DNA from: Verrucomicrobiota bacterium
Lineage (GTDB): Bacteria > Verrucomicrobiota > Verrucomicrobiia > Limisphaerales > UBA9464
NCBI GenBank assembly: GCA_029865985.1
Contig: JARXAF010000123.1
Coordinates: forward strand, 2,003 to 66,002
Length of the DNA: 64,000 bases
Reading direction: 5' to 3'
Made by a program: the position numbers and the translations under genes. The stretch's first letter is position 1; every line of letters starts with the position of its first letter. The notes under the pieces were generated by a model, which saw nothing but the letters and a program-made list of their open reading frames with translations, searched no databases and was not told where the DNA came from. Below are positions 28,342 through 37,909 of the stretch, in pieces.

Positions 28342-28434
28342 ACCCTTTTCAATCCGGGTCCAGCCCCGGATCGGGACTTCGCAATTCAAACGCCCGCAGG
28401 GGAAGACGGGCTGAAACCCCTCAACCCTAACCCT

Positions 28435-30180
28435 TCAACCCTGAAGTCGGGCGGATTCGGCACGTACCCAAGCGATCACCTCGGCGGCGGCGTCCGCGAT
28501 GGGCACCATGCGCATCGTGCCGCCACGCGGCTTGAGCTCGATCTCGCCCTTGGCCAGCGACTTCTCGCCGAGGTTCACCCGGAGCGGGAATCCCACCAAT
28601 TCGCTGTCCTTGAACTTCACGCCTGGACGCTCATCGCGGTCATCCAAAATGACTTCGATGCCGGCTGCCTCCAGCGTGGCCGCCAATTCACGGGCCAACG
28701 TCATCGGCTGACTTTCAGGGGCCACCGTGAGGGGCGTGATGCACACCGTGAAGGGGGCCACGCTCACCGGCCAGCGGATGCCGTCCTTGTCATTGCACTG
28801 CTCGATGACCGCCTGAAGCGTCCGGGTCACGCCAATCCCGTAGCAACCCATCACCGCCGGATGACGAGAACCGTCCTCGGACAGGAAGGTCGCGTTGAGC
28901 TTCTCAGAATACTTGGTGCCCAGCTTGAAGACGTGGCCCACTTCGATGGCGCGGCGGATCTTCAGCGGTTGCTGGGTCTCCACGCATAATTCACCCACCT
29001 TCACGGTGCGGAGGTCGTACCAGGCCGTGACTTTCAGATCGCGATCCACCTCGACATGGCGCAGGTGGAACCCGTCTTCGTTGGCTCCGGTGGTCATGCC
29101 CCGGGCCCCGCGCAGGGCTTCGTCGGCATACACCGGCACCGCAGGCGTCTTGAGGGTGGCACTGACCGCGCCCAAGGAACCCGGGCGGGCACCGAGCAAA
29201 TCGACAATCTCGTCGGCGGTCGCCTGACGCACTTGGACCGCACCGGTCTTGGCCATGAGCTTGGCCTCATTGAGCGAGTCGTCACCCCGGATGAGCACCA
29301 GGATGGGCTTGGAATCCGCGACAAACACCAGGGTCTTGATTTGATGCCGGGCCGAAACTCCGTAAGGGGAAGCGGCGAGGGCTTCAATGGTGACCACACC
29401 CGGGGTGGCAACCTTCTCGGGCGCCACTCCGGTGGATTCCGAAGGGGTCGCTTCGGCGGGGCCACGGCTGATCGCCTTCTCGATGTTGGCCGCGTACTTG
29501 CCAGACTCGCAGTAAACCACGTCGTTCTCGCCCGTCTCTGCAGGCACCATGAACTCGTGCGAGTAATTACCGCCGATGACGCCGGTGTCGGCCTCGACGG
29601 GGAAGGCCTGCAAACCGCAACGGGCGAAGATGCGGGTGTAGGCGTCGTACATCTTGTGGTAGCTCGTCATCGCACCCGCATCGGTGGCGTCGAAGGAATA
29701 GGCGTCCTTCATGAGGAACTCCTTGGCGCGCATCAGGCCGAAACGCGGGCGGATCTCATCCCGGAACTTGGTCTGGATTTGATAGAAATTCTTCGGGAGC
29801 TGGCGGTAGGAGTTCAGCTCGTTGGCAGCCAGCGAGGTGATCACCTCTTCGTGGGTGGGCCCGAGAACCCAATCCTTCCGGGCAGAATCCCGCACCTTGA
29901 AGAGCACTCCGGAAGCCGTCTCGTAGCGGCCGGACTGCTGCCAGATATCGATGGGCTGCAAGGCGGGCATGAGCACCTCGATGCCCCCGGCCCGGTTCAT
30001 TTCCTCGCGGATGATTTGCTCGATCTTGCGCAGGACCTTCAGGCCGAGCGGCAGGAACGTGTACAGGCCACCGGTGAGCTTCCGGACCAATCCTGCACGC
30101 AGCAAGAGTTGGTGGGACACGATTTCTGCATCCGCGGGGGTTTCCTTGAGAGTCGGAATGAACGTTTGGGACCAAAGCAT
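28435..30180 (-). CDS. proS: proline--tRNA ligase (bacterial type with INS editing domain)
   Basis: MLWSQTFIPTLKETPADAEIVSHQLLLRAGLVRKL is the canonical bacterial ProRS N-terminus. Class II motifs (FRDEIRPRFGLMRAKEF, GCYGIGVTR) are present, and the 581-aa length fits. Confidence 0.95.
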   Translation of the reverse strand: MLWSQTFIPTLKETPADAEIVSHQLLLRAGLVRKLTGGLYTFLPLGLKVLRKIEQIIREEMNRAGGIEVLMPALQPIDIWQQSGRYETASGVLFKVRDSARKDWVLGPTHEEVITSLAANELNSYRQLPKNFYQIQTKFRDEIRPRFGLMRAKEFLMKDAYSFDATDAGAMTSYHKMYDAYTRIFARCGLQAFPVEADTGVIGGNYSHEFMVPAETGENDVVYCESGKYAANIEKAISRGPAEATPSESTGVAPEKVATPGVVTIEALAASPYGVSARHQIKTLVFVADSKPILVLIRGDDSLNEAKLMAKTGAVQVRQATADEIVDLLGARPGSLGAVSATLKTPAVPVYADEALRGARGMTTGANEDGFHLRHVEVDRDLKVTAWYDLRTVKVGELCVETQQPLKIRRAIEVGHVFKLGTKYSEKLNATFLSEDGSRHPAVMGCYGIGVTRTLQAVIEQCNDKDGIRWPVSVAPFTVCITPLTVAPESQPMTLARELAATLEAAGIEVILDDRDERPGVKFKDSELVGFPLRVNLGEKSLAKGEIELKPRGGTMRMVPIADAAAEVIAWVRAESARLQG

Positions 30181-30316
30181 GGGAAAGTCTGTGGGGGTGT
30201 GGGGTTGGGAGGCCAGTGGGAAAGAAAGAGGCCCCAGGGTTTACCCGAGGGGCCGATGGAGTCGGTGAGAGCCCCCGTTTCGGAGGCGTGTTCAGGAAAA
30301 AATCAGTCTGAGAAGA

Positions 30317-31072
30317 TCACTTCACCATGTTGACCAACGGGGCCATCCCCTGGATCCGAACCTCGAGACGGTCGCCGGATTCGATGGGGCCCACACCGCT
30401 CGGCGTGCCCGTCAGGATCACGTCGCCCGGGAGGAGGGTCATGTTGGTGGAAATGAAGCTCACCAGATGGAAACAGTTGAAGATCATCTGGCTGGTGTTG
30501 CCGTTCTGGCGCAACTGCCCGTTCTGGAAGAGCTGGATGCTCAAATCATGCGGATCGATCTTGGTTTCGATGTAGGGCCCGAGCGGCGTGAACGTGTCGA
30601 AGGACTTCGAGCGCGCGAACTGACTCTCGCTGCCTTGGATCGTCCGGTCGGTGATGTCCTGGGAGGCGGTGTAGCCGAAAATGTAGCGGGCAGCGGCTGC
30701 CGGGGTGACATTGCGCATCTTGCGACCGATCACCACGGCCAGTTCAGCCTCGAAGTCGTTGCGATGGTTGGCGAAGGGGATCTCGATCTTGGTGCCGTCA
30801 GGAATCAGTGAGGTCGGAGCCTTTAGCCAAAAAAGCGGTTCCTTCGGCAAGGCCATTCCAGCTTCGCGGGCGTGGTCGCCGTAGTTCAGGCCGACCGCGA
30901 TGATCTTGGACGGCTGCACCGGCGTCAGGGTCTTGACCCCTTTGAGCGGCGTCGGTTTTTTCTCGAAGGACGGCGAGCCAAAGACATCGCCTTGAAGCTT
31001 GAAAATCTCCCCGTCGACGACCTTGGCGTGGAAGATTTCCTCACCCTTTTGGAACCGCCCGATGGCTGCCAT
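30317..31072 (-). CDS. fumarylacetoacetate hydrolase (FAH) family protein
   Basis: The ATG at 31072 gives MAAIGRF.... IIAVGLNYGDHAREAG, EAELAVVIGR, ITDRT, KSFDTFTPLGP and LLPGDVILTGTPSGVG are FAH-fold signatures. Confidence 0.85.
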   Translation of the reverse strand: MAAIGRFQKGEEIFHAKVVDGEIFKLQGDVFGSPSFEKKPTPLKGVKTLTPVQPSKIIAVGLNYGDHAREAGMALPKEPLFWLKAPTSLIPDGTKIEIPFANHRNDFEAELAVVIGRKMRNVTPAAAARYIFGYTASQDITDRTIQGSESQFARSKSFDTFTPLGPYIETKIDPHDLSIQLFQNGQLRQNGNTSQMIFNCFHLVSFISTNMTLLPGDVILTGTPSGVGPIESGDRLEVRIQGMAPLVNMVK

Positions 31073-31181
31073 AGGTGTGCTTTGTACCACCGACCGTACA
31101 CCATTCGCAAGCCAAAGACTCAAACGCCGTCAAGGATGTTTTAGTCTTACCCCTCGACTGAAAATTCCCCAGTCCAGCCCA

Positions 31182-32900
31182 TCACTTTTTGTCGGCCGGC
31201 TTCGAGGGCATCGGAAGCACCGTCATCCACAGACGCGAGACCGATTCGACAACCAGACGACGAAACCCCTGAGGAACACCGTTGTTCTCCCCGGCGCTGA
31301 CCAATGAAAACTCAGCCTGCTGGACCCCTGCCAATCCCTGAACCGATTTTGGGGCCATGACCTCGACCTGAAAGGGACCCGAAAAGGAACCGGCGTTGGT
31401 GGCGGTGATCCATCGAAGGGTCGCCTCAAGCGCCTTCTCGGGAACCTCCACCGGATCCACTCGAACTCCTGGCGGCAAGCCGCGCACCGAGACTGTCAGG
31501 CGCGTTTCAGCGCCGAAGCGACGCGTGATCGCGACCTTCCATTCGTTGGTTTTACCGGGCTCGAGTGACAGGAAAGCCTCCGGCACCGAAGCGCTCCAAA
31601 CAGGCTGAGGCCGTTGCACGGACAACCGATACCGCTGATCCCGCCCACCCCGCTGGAGCAGGTTGCCCACCACCACCCGATATTCAGCGGACTCCGGAGG
31701 CGTCCAATCGAGCACAGGGTCGGCCCCGCCAGAGTCATCGTTGCGAACCAGTTCCTTGCCAGTGGCATCTTCGATCTTCAGCCAAGCATCCAAGGGAAAA
31801 CCCAAACCCGCCGCTTGCACCTTCAAATGCAGCGCTTCCCCCTTCCTGGCCGAAACCCGGTAGGGATCTTCGTCACCCGCACGATCCAAATCGCCGGACA
31901 CCGCCGAGGGGATCTCCAGCGCCTGAGCGGTGGCGACTGTGTCATTGGGTTCGACTTCCACCCACTCCTTCCCATCACCGACCGGCATCTCCAAGGGCAA
32001 CCGATGACCCGGAATTTGGAGGGAGTGCCCAACAGTTCCAGACGCAATCGCGGATGATGGCACCAGTGTCGATTCCGAGGACATCTCCGGAACACCCCAG
32101 TCACCCCACCTCACGCGCGTTTCGACTGACCGACTCACTCCCAGAGGCCAGCCATGCCGAGCCACGGGATCGGTGCTGACATGAAGCCGGTACACCGACT
32201 TGGCGCTCCCGCTGAAACGCAGGTCTGAATCGGCCGGATAGGCGAAACCGAATACTTGCAGCACATAAGTTCCGGCTTTCGGCGCGCGCCATGCCAACAG
32301 CGGATCCAGCGAACGCACCTCATCGTGGTTCCAAGCCACTTGAACGCCTTGGGCATCCAGCAATCGCAGCACCGGATCCAGCGGCGACTGAAGCGTGTAG
32401 GCTTCGAGTCGAGCCACCAAGGTCTGACCGGCTTGCAGCTCGACCGAGTAGCTGTCCACATCCCCATTCTTTTCGAGGCGACCGTTCACCTCGGCCGGAA
32501 GATCACTCAGCGCCTGGGCCGTTCGCATCTCGTCGTTGGGTTCCACCTCGGCCCGTTGCGGGTGCGACGAGAGGATCAAGAAGCGAGGTGCGCTCACTCC
32601 CTCTGGCGAGAAGGCTCGGATCACCTGGGGACCGACCGGGGCTTTCGGGGACACCCGCACCGTGATGACTCCTGTGTTGGTCGTGGCTTCCCAAGTGACG
32701 CCCGGGATGTCGAGGTCCAACCGCGTCGGCCAAGGATCGAACTTGCCCACCAAGGTCACCGACTGCGTGGACCCGATCTGGAGAGCGGCAGGAAAGACGT
32801 GATCCAACACCGGAACCGCGGCACGGAGCCCCATCACGGCGAGCAAAAACAGCGACACCCATCCTGCCTGCACCCAATTCCCCATCATGCTGCGGAACAT
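31182..32900 (-). CDS. secreted protein with two pre-peptidase C-terminal (PPC)-like domains
   Basis: The ATG at 32900 gives MFRSMMGNWVQAGWVSLFLLAVMGLRA, a signal peptide, and shares one nt with the DUF1501 stop (TGATG). Two copies of the PPC-type pattern are present: EVEPNDEMRTAQALSDLPAEVNGRLEKNGDVDSYSVELQAGQTL and EVEPNDTVATAQALEIPSAVSGDLDRAGDEDPYRVSARKGEAL. Confidence 0.7.
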   Translation of the reverse strand: MFRSMMGNWVQAGWVSLFLLAVMGLRAAVPVLDHVFPAALQIGSTQSVTLVGKFDPWPTRLDLDIPGVTWEATTNTGVITVRVSPKAPVGPQVIRAFSPEGVSAPRFLILSSHPQRAEVEPNDEMRTAQALSDLPAEVNGRLEKNGDVDSYSVELQAGQTLVARLEAYTLQSPLDPVLRLLDAQGVQVAWNHDEVRSLDPLLAWRAPKAGTYVLQVFGFAYPADSDLRFSGSAKSVYRLHVSTDPVARHGWPLGVSRSVETRVRWGDWGVPEMSSESTLVPSSAIASGTVGHSLQIPGHRLPLEMPVGDGKEWVEVEPNDTVATAQALEIPSAVSGDLDRAGDEDPYRVSARKGEALHLKVQAAGLGFPLDAWLKIEDATGKELVRNDDSGGADPVLDWTPPESAEYRVVVGNLLQRGGRDQRYRLSVQRPQPVWSASVPEAFLSLEPGKTNEWKVAITRRFGAETRLTVSVRGLPPGVRVDPVEVPEKALEATLRWITATNAGSFSGPFQVEVMAPKSVQGLAGVQQAEFSLVSAGENNGVPQGFRRLVVESVSRLWMTVLPMPSKPADKK

Positions 32901-34273
32901 CACGCGGTGAAGATTTCCCGGATGCGGCGCCCATTGTTCACCAACTGCACCGGTCGACCCGTGTTGGTGTGGAGCACCTGGTTGGGATCGATCCCCATCT
33001 TCCAATACAGGGAGGCAGCGAAGTCTTCGGGCCGATACACAGCTTCCGAGGCGGCATACCCCTTGGCATCGGTGGCACCCACCACTGCTCCCCGGGGGCA
33101 ACCGCCGCCGGCCATGAGGATGGACATCGCATGAGGCCAATGATCCCGACCGGCATCCTTGTTCACCTTGGGCGTACGGCCGAACTCACCCAGCAACACG
33201 ACGAGGGTCGAATCCAGAAGGCCCCGCTGGTCGAGATCCCGAATCAGCGCAGCGACTCCGCGGTCCATGTTGCGAACCGAATCGCCCTTGTACGCCTCGA
33301 AGAGTTTGGTGTGGTGATCCCATCCGCCGGAATTGACGGTGACCCACGACACCCCGACCTCCACCAACCGGCGCGCCATCAAGAGCCGCTGGCCAAAGTC
33401 ATTCCGCCCGTATTCGTCGCGGACCTTCTTATCCTCACGCGACAAATCAAACGCCGCCTGAGCCTGACTCGAAAGCACCAGATTCACCCCCTGCTGGAGG
33501 TATTGATCGAACGTGACAGCCGGATCTTCCGCCAAGCGATCGGCATACCGGGCCATGGAATCCAACGCTCCCCGCAATTCGCGTCGGTTGGTGGCACGCC
33601 CCTCGCTGATCTCGGTCGGCAGCACGACATCGCGCACCTTGAAGTCGGCCGAGTTGGGCTGACCATCGATCACGAAGGCCGAATGCTTGCCGCCGAGAAA
33701 ATTGGGGCCACCGCTGCGCGTGACCGAGGGCATCGACACGTAGGGCGGCAAACCCTGTCGCTGCCCGCGCTGCCAGGAAACCACCGACCCGAACGACGGA
33801 TGGAAGGTCACGAAGGCTCCGCAGGCCACCGGTACCGGTGTCGGAGAACCGGTCATCAGGTAGTGGTTGCCGCCGCCGTGATTCGGGTCTTTATGACACA
33901 CCGATCGAATCACCGTGGTCTTGTCTGCCACCTTGGCCAACTCGGGCACCGCCTCGCTGAAACGGATTCCCGGCACCGACGTGGCGATGTCCTGAAAACT
34001 GCCACGAATGTCCGAGGGGGCCCCGGGTTTGGGATCAAAACTCTCGTAATGGGACGGGCCACCATCGAGCCAGATGAGGATGCAGTTGACCGGCTTTTGG
34101 CCTGCAACCACACCCGGCGGGGTGACTTTGTTTGGGCCAGACTTGGCTGCCGAGGCCGCAGCCGCCTCGAGGCGTAGCAAGTCGCCGAAGCCGGCGCCCA
34201 GCAAGCCCCCCATCCCCAATTGGATGAAATCCCGGCGAGGCATTCCGGCGCAGTTTCCAGAGGTCGGTTTCAT
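32900..34273 (-). CDS. DUF1501 family protein, Tat-exported
   Basis: MPRRDFIQLGMGGLLGAGF is a Tat signal. NCILIWLDGGPSHYESFDPKP and the C-terminal AGRDHWPHAMSILMAGGG are also present. It is a paralog of 7511-9016. Confidence 0.85.
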   Translation of the reverse strand: MKPTSGNCAGMPRRDFIQLGMGGLLGAGFGDLLRLEAAAASAAKSGPNKVTPPGVVAGQKPVNCILIWLDGGPSHYESFDPKPGAPSDIRGSFQDIATSVPGIRFSEAVPELAKVADKTTVIRSVCHKDPNHGGGNHYLMTGSPTPVPVACGAFVTFHPSFGSVVSWQRGQRQGLPPYVSMPSVTRSGGPNFLGGKHSAFVIDGQPNSADFKVRDVVLPTEISEGRATNRRELRGALDSMARYADRLAEDPAVTFDQYLQQGVNLVLSSQAQAAFDLSREDKKVRDEYGRNDFGQRLLMARRLVEVGVSWVTVNSGGWDHHTKLFEAYKGDSVRNMDRGVAALIRDLDQRGLLDSTLVVLLGEFGRTPKVNKDAGRDHWPHAMSILMAGGGCPRGAVVGATDAKGYAASEAVYRPEDFAASLYWKMGIDPNQVLHTNTGRPVQLVNNGRRIREIFTA

Positions 34274-34274
34274 A

Positions 34275-37200
34275 TCAATGGTTCAGCACGAATTCAGGGG
34301 AGTTGAGGAGCGCCCAGAAGATATCCTCCACTGCAGTTTGTCGGGTGGCACCGGGCTGGGCGAATGCACGCAACGCCGCCTGACGCTCCGGCTCCGAAGG
34401 CAGGCGGTTGAGCAGAAGCAAGTACACCTCGCCCACCACTTCGGCTTCGCTGCGATCGCTGGCCGCCAGTTGGCGAACCCGCCCCTTGGGGTCTGCCAAT
34501 TTGGACTGCAAGACCTTCGAGTTCATCAGGTGCAGGCTTTGCACGACGCTCAATTGGGCATCGCGTTCACACGGACAATCGCTGCTGGAATTGGGGCGTC
34601 CAAAGGCGTCCAGGAAATGCGACGCGATCTTGTAGCTCCAGGTTTGCATGGCCCGACCACCGGGAGGCACCGCCGAAAAGATCTCCGGCACCCCGGTGGT
34701 ATCGGTCACTGCATCCACCAGCACCTCGGCGGGCAGTCGACGGCGGTAGGAACGGGAAAATTGTCGGGTGTCGCCTAGGTTGGTGGCGTTGGGCACCGAA
34801 CTCAGTTGGTAGGTCCGCGAAGCCATCACGGTTCGAAGCAGGTGTTTCAGGTCGTAGCCATGCGAGGCAAAATCCGCGGCCAGCGCCTCCAGCAGCGCCG
34901 GGTTCACACACGGATTGGAACTGCGAAAATCATCCACCGGATGAACCAGACCCCGTCCGAAGAAATGCCCCCACACCCGATTCACCGCCGCCTTGGCAAA
35001 AAAGGGATTCTCCGGAGCGGTCAGCCAATCGGCCAAATGCCGGCGTGGATCCCGAGATTCGTTCTTCGGGAGTTCCGGCCCCTCCGGTGGTCGAGGGGTC
35101 ATCGCCACTCCGCTCACCGGGTGCTTCACCTCGCCACCCGGTGCGAAAAAAAAGGTCTCCGTTCCTGCGGAGATCGGCGGAGACAAACCCGCCCCCTTCT
35201 GCTTCACCGGGCCGAAGTAGGCGGCCAGTTGGTAGAAATCATCCTGACTCCATTTTTCATTCGGATGGTGGTGACACTTGGCACACTCCAGTCGGGTACC
35301 CAGGAACAACTGGCTGAACTGAGTGGTCAGTTCCGGCGGATCCCGACGGTCACGATAAACCACGGCTGGACCCGCCCGATGGTTCGACCCTTCGGCCATG
35401 AGGATATCTCGAACAAACTGGTCATAAGGGCGATTGGCCCGGAACTGTTCGCGCAACCACTGATCGAGGAGGAACACGCTCTTCACCCCCACCCGATCGG
35501 GATTCGGCCTGAGAAGATCAGCCCACTGGTTGGCCCAATAATCGGCATAGGCCGGATGCTCCAGGATGGTGTCGATGAATCGCTGGCGCTTGTCCGGCGA
35601 AGGATCCGCCAAGAACGCACGCACCTCTTCCGGCGTGGGCAGGAGACCCACGGCATCCAGCTTGGCCCGCCGGAGGAATTCCGCATCGGTGCAGAGATCA
35701 GAGGGCATCAGTCCCAAACGCTGGAACTGCGCCAGAGCCAGGCCATCGATGAAATTGTGGGCAGGAATGGCTGAGTACGCCTTGGGTTTGAGCACCTTGT
35801 CGGCCGGCACCATGAGTGACGAGGCAGCCACCAATCCCATGTAGCGCGCTACGACCACGCCCTGCCCTGTCAGCTTGCCGATGGAAACCCGACCGGTCTC
35901 GTCCACGCGGGCCAACTCCTTGTCGCTCGAATCGTAGGCGGCCAAACGCGTGACATCGCGGACGCTCCCATCGGAATAGCGTGCCTCGACCTTCAGTCGC
36001 TGCTGCCCGCCCTTGCGATACCGCCCCTCGGCCGGAAACACCGCGACCGACTGGAGCACCGGCTCATTGGTCAGCGCATAGGGCATGCCTGCGCGAATCC
36101 AGCGGGTCAGCAATTGGTGGGTCGGGGATCCCGGCTGAAAACGCTGGCCTCCCTCATGCGGCACCCGTGTCAGGGCTTTGAGGAGAATCAGACTCTCTTC
36201 CGGAGCTGCCGGAAACACCCGCCGGCCGCGGGCATCCCGGACAATTTCAGCGTAGTCGCTGAGGGGGTCGTAGGAAAAAACGGACAGCTTGAAGCCGCTC
36301 TGGCCTTCCGGCTTGGAATGGCAACCGCCGGAGGCGCAGCCGGCCTGATTGAGCGCTGGCAACACATCGCGCACAAAACTCGGCGGCGGCACTTTTGCGG
36401 CCACTGTCTGCGGGGGCAGCGAAAGCTTCGCGGGCGTCGCCTCCAATACTGCACCCAACTCCCCCAAGACCTTGCCTTGCGCATCCCAGATCCGGACCAA
36501 CCCGTCCATGTCACCAGCGGCCACCCTCTGACCATCCGGCGTCACCGCCATGGTGAACACCACCGGCAGCAGTTGGGCCACCCGTCGATGCTCCGCGGTG
36601 GCCGAACTTTGTTCGCCCGTGTGCGACTTGAGCTGGGAATATCGGTCAATCGTCCCGCGATCAGTGGCCGCCCAAACCGAGGCACTGTCGCCCGGCCAAG
36701 CCACGGCCGTGATCGCCGCCATGGAATCACCCAGCGTGACGATCTTCTCGCGAGTGGCGATATCCCAGACCTTGAGCTGCCGGTCGGTGCCACCGCTGAC
36801 CACCTGAGTGGCGTTGGTGTTGAAAGCCGCGGCCATCACCTGGGAAGTGTGACCTTCCAGCACAGCGATCGGCGCTGCCTGGGCCACATCCCAGACCTTG
36901 ATGAGCGCGTCACCGCCGGCCGAGAGCAATCGGGAGCCATCCCGGCTGAACTCCAAATCAAAGATGGAGTCGGCATGCGCCTTCCAGGAACGCTGGATCC
37001 GACCATCCGCCACGCTCACCCACCGCAGATAACCGGGGAGACCAGAACCCCCGTCACCCAGAGCCAACTGCAAACCATCGGGAGAAAACTCCACACTCAG
37101 GACACGGCCAGAAAGACCATTCACGATCTCCCGCTCGACCGTGAGGGTCTCCGGGTTCCACAACCGCACCCGACGGAAGGATCCCGAAGCCAACCGGCGA

Positions 37201-37856
37201 CCATCCCGGCTCCAGGCGAGCGATTCCACCGGATCCATAGAAGCAACCGCCCGCGCCACGCGAGGAAACCCCGACTTCTGGAGGTCATGAATATCGATCC
37301 CACCCATGCGCGCCACCGCCAATCGATGTCCGGCCGGGTCGAGGGCCAGGGCGGCCACCGGCCGGAAGGAGGGAGCGGCTGACTCCAGCAACACCGGCCT
37401 TGGAACAGGCTCATCACTCAAGACACTGGCGTCCCAAGGAAGTCCGCGGCGAATCCAATCCCGGAGGGTCTTGATTTGGTCCGGCGTCAATTGCTTGCGG
37501 GGCGGCATGTGCGGTTCGGCTCCCAAAAGGACCGACGTCAGCAGTCGACTTTCCTTGGGCCGCCCCTCGAAAACCACCGGCCCCTCCTCGCTGCCCTTGA
37601 GCACCTGCTCCCGAGTCAGCAACGAAAGCCCTCCTTTTTGCTTGGTCTCGCCGTGGCACGAAAAGCACTCGTCGTGCAGCAGCGTCAGCGCACTCCGCGC
37701 CAGTGGATCACCAGGGCCTGCGGAACGAGGGGCCGCGGCCGACAGCAGCACCGAGGCCCAAAGGGCCCCGAACCAGAACCCGAATTGTCTTGGGATGCTG
37801 TGGATCACGGGAAAAAGGAGACCCTGAGATTGAAACCTCTCTTCCGCCAAAGGCAA
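34275..37856 (-). CDS. PSCyt1 - WD40 - PSCyt2/DUF1549 - DUF1553 multidomain protein with heme-c-like motifs
   Basis: The ORF has TTG at 37856. An alternative GTG at 37808 gives the signal-like IHSIPRQFGFWFGALWASVLLSAAA. CFSCHGETKQKGGLSL is the PSCyt1 motif. The WD40 region has repeats of the type LWNPE..., KVWDVAQ..., KVWDIAT... and RIWDAQG.... CASGGCHSKPEGQSGFKLS follows, then DUF1549, then CAKCHHHPNEKWSQDDFY and the family C-terminal end LLNSPEFVLNH. Confidence 0.85.
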   Translation of the reverse strand: MPLAEERFQSQGLLFPVIHSIPRQFGFWFGALWASVLLSAAAPRSAGPGDPLARSALTLLHDECFSCHGETKQKGGLSLLTREQVLKGSEEGPVVFEGRPKESRLLTSVLLGAEPHMPPRKQLTPDQIKTLRDWIRRGLPWDASVLSDEPVPRPVLLESAAPSFRPVAALALDPAGHRLAVARMGGIDIHDLQKSGFPRVARAVASMDPVESLAWSRDGRRLASGSFRRVRLWNPETLTVEREIVNGLSGRVLSVEFSPDGLQLALGDGGSGLPGYLRWVSVADGRIQRSWKAHADSIFDLEFSRDGSRLLSAGGDALIKVWDVAQAAPIAVLEGHTSQVMAAAFNTNATQVVSGGTDRQLKVWDIATREKIVTLGDSMAAITAVAWPGDSASVWAATDRGTIDRYSQLKSHTGEQSSATAEHRRVAQLLPVVFTMAVTPDGQRVAAGDMDGLVRIWDAQGKVLGELGAVLEATPAKLSLPPQTVAAKVPPPSFVRDVLPALNQAGCASGGCHSKPEGQSGFKLSVFSYDPLSDYAEIVRDARGRRVFPAAPEESLILLKALTRVPHEGGQRFQPGSPTHQLLTRWIRAGMPYALTNEPVLQSVAVFPAEGRYRKGGQQRLKVEARYSDGSVRDVTRLAAYDSSDKELARVDETGRVSIGKLTGQGVVVARYMGLVAASSLMVPADKVLKPKAYSAIPAHNFIDGLALAQFQRLGLMPSDLCTDAEFLRRAKLDAVGLLPTPEEVRAFLADPSPDKRQRFIDTILEHPAYADYWANQWADLLRPNPDRVGVKSVFLLDQWLREQFRANRPYDQFVRDILMAEGSNHRAGPAVVYRDRRDPPELTTQFSQLFLGTRLECAKCHHHPNEKWSQDDFYQLAAYFGPVKQKGAGLSPPISAGTETFFFAPGGEVKHPVSGVAMTPRPPEGPELPKNESRDPRRHLADWLTAPENPFFAKAAVNRVWGHFFGRGLVHPVDDFRSSNPCVNPALLEALAADFASHGYDLKHLLRTVMASRTYQLSSVPNATNLGDTRQFSRSYRRRLPAEVLVDAVTDTTGVPEIFSAVPPGGRAMQTWSYKIASHFLDAFGRPNSSSDCPCERDAQLSVVQSLHLMNSKVLQSKLADPKGRVRQLAASDRSEAEVVGEVYLLLLNRLPSEPERQAALRAFAQPGATRQTAVEDIFWALLNSPEFVLNH

Positions 37857-37909
37857 CCGTCATGCCACCAAAAAAAGGGGGTCCACTCGAGCCTGTTCCC
37901 CCAGCTTAC

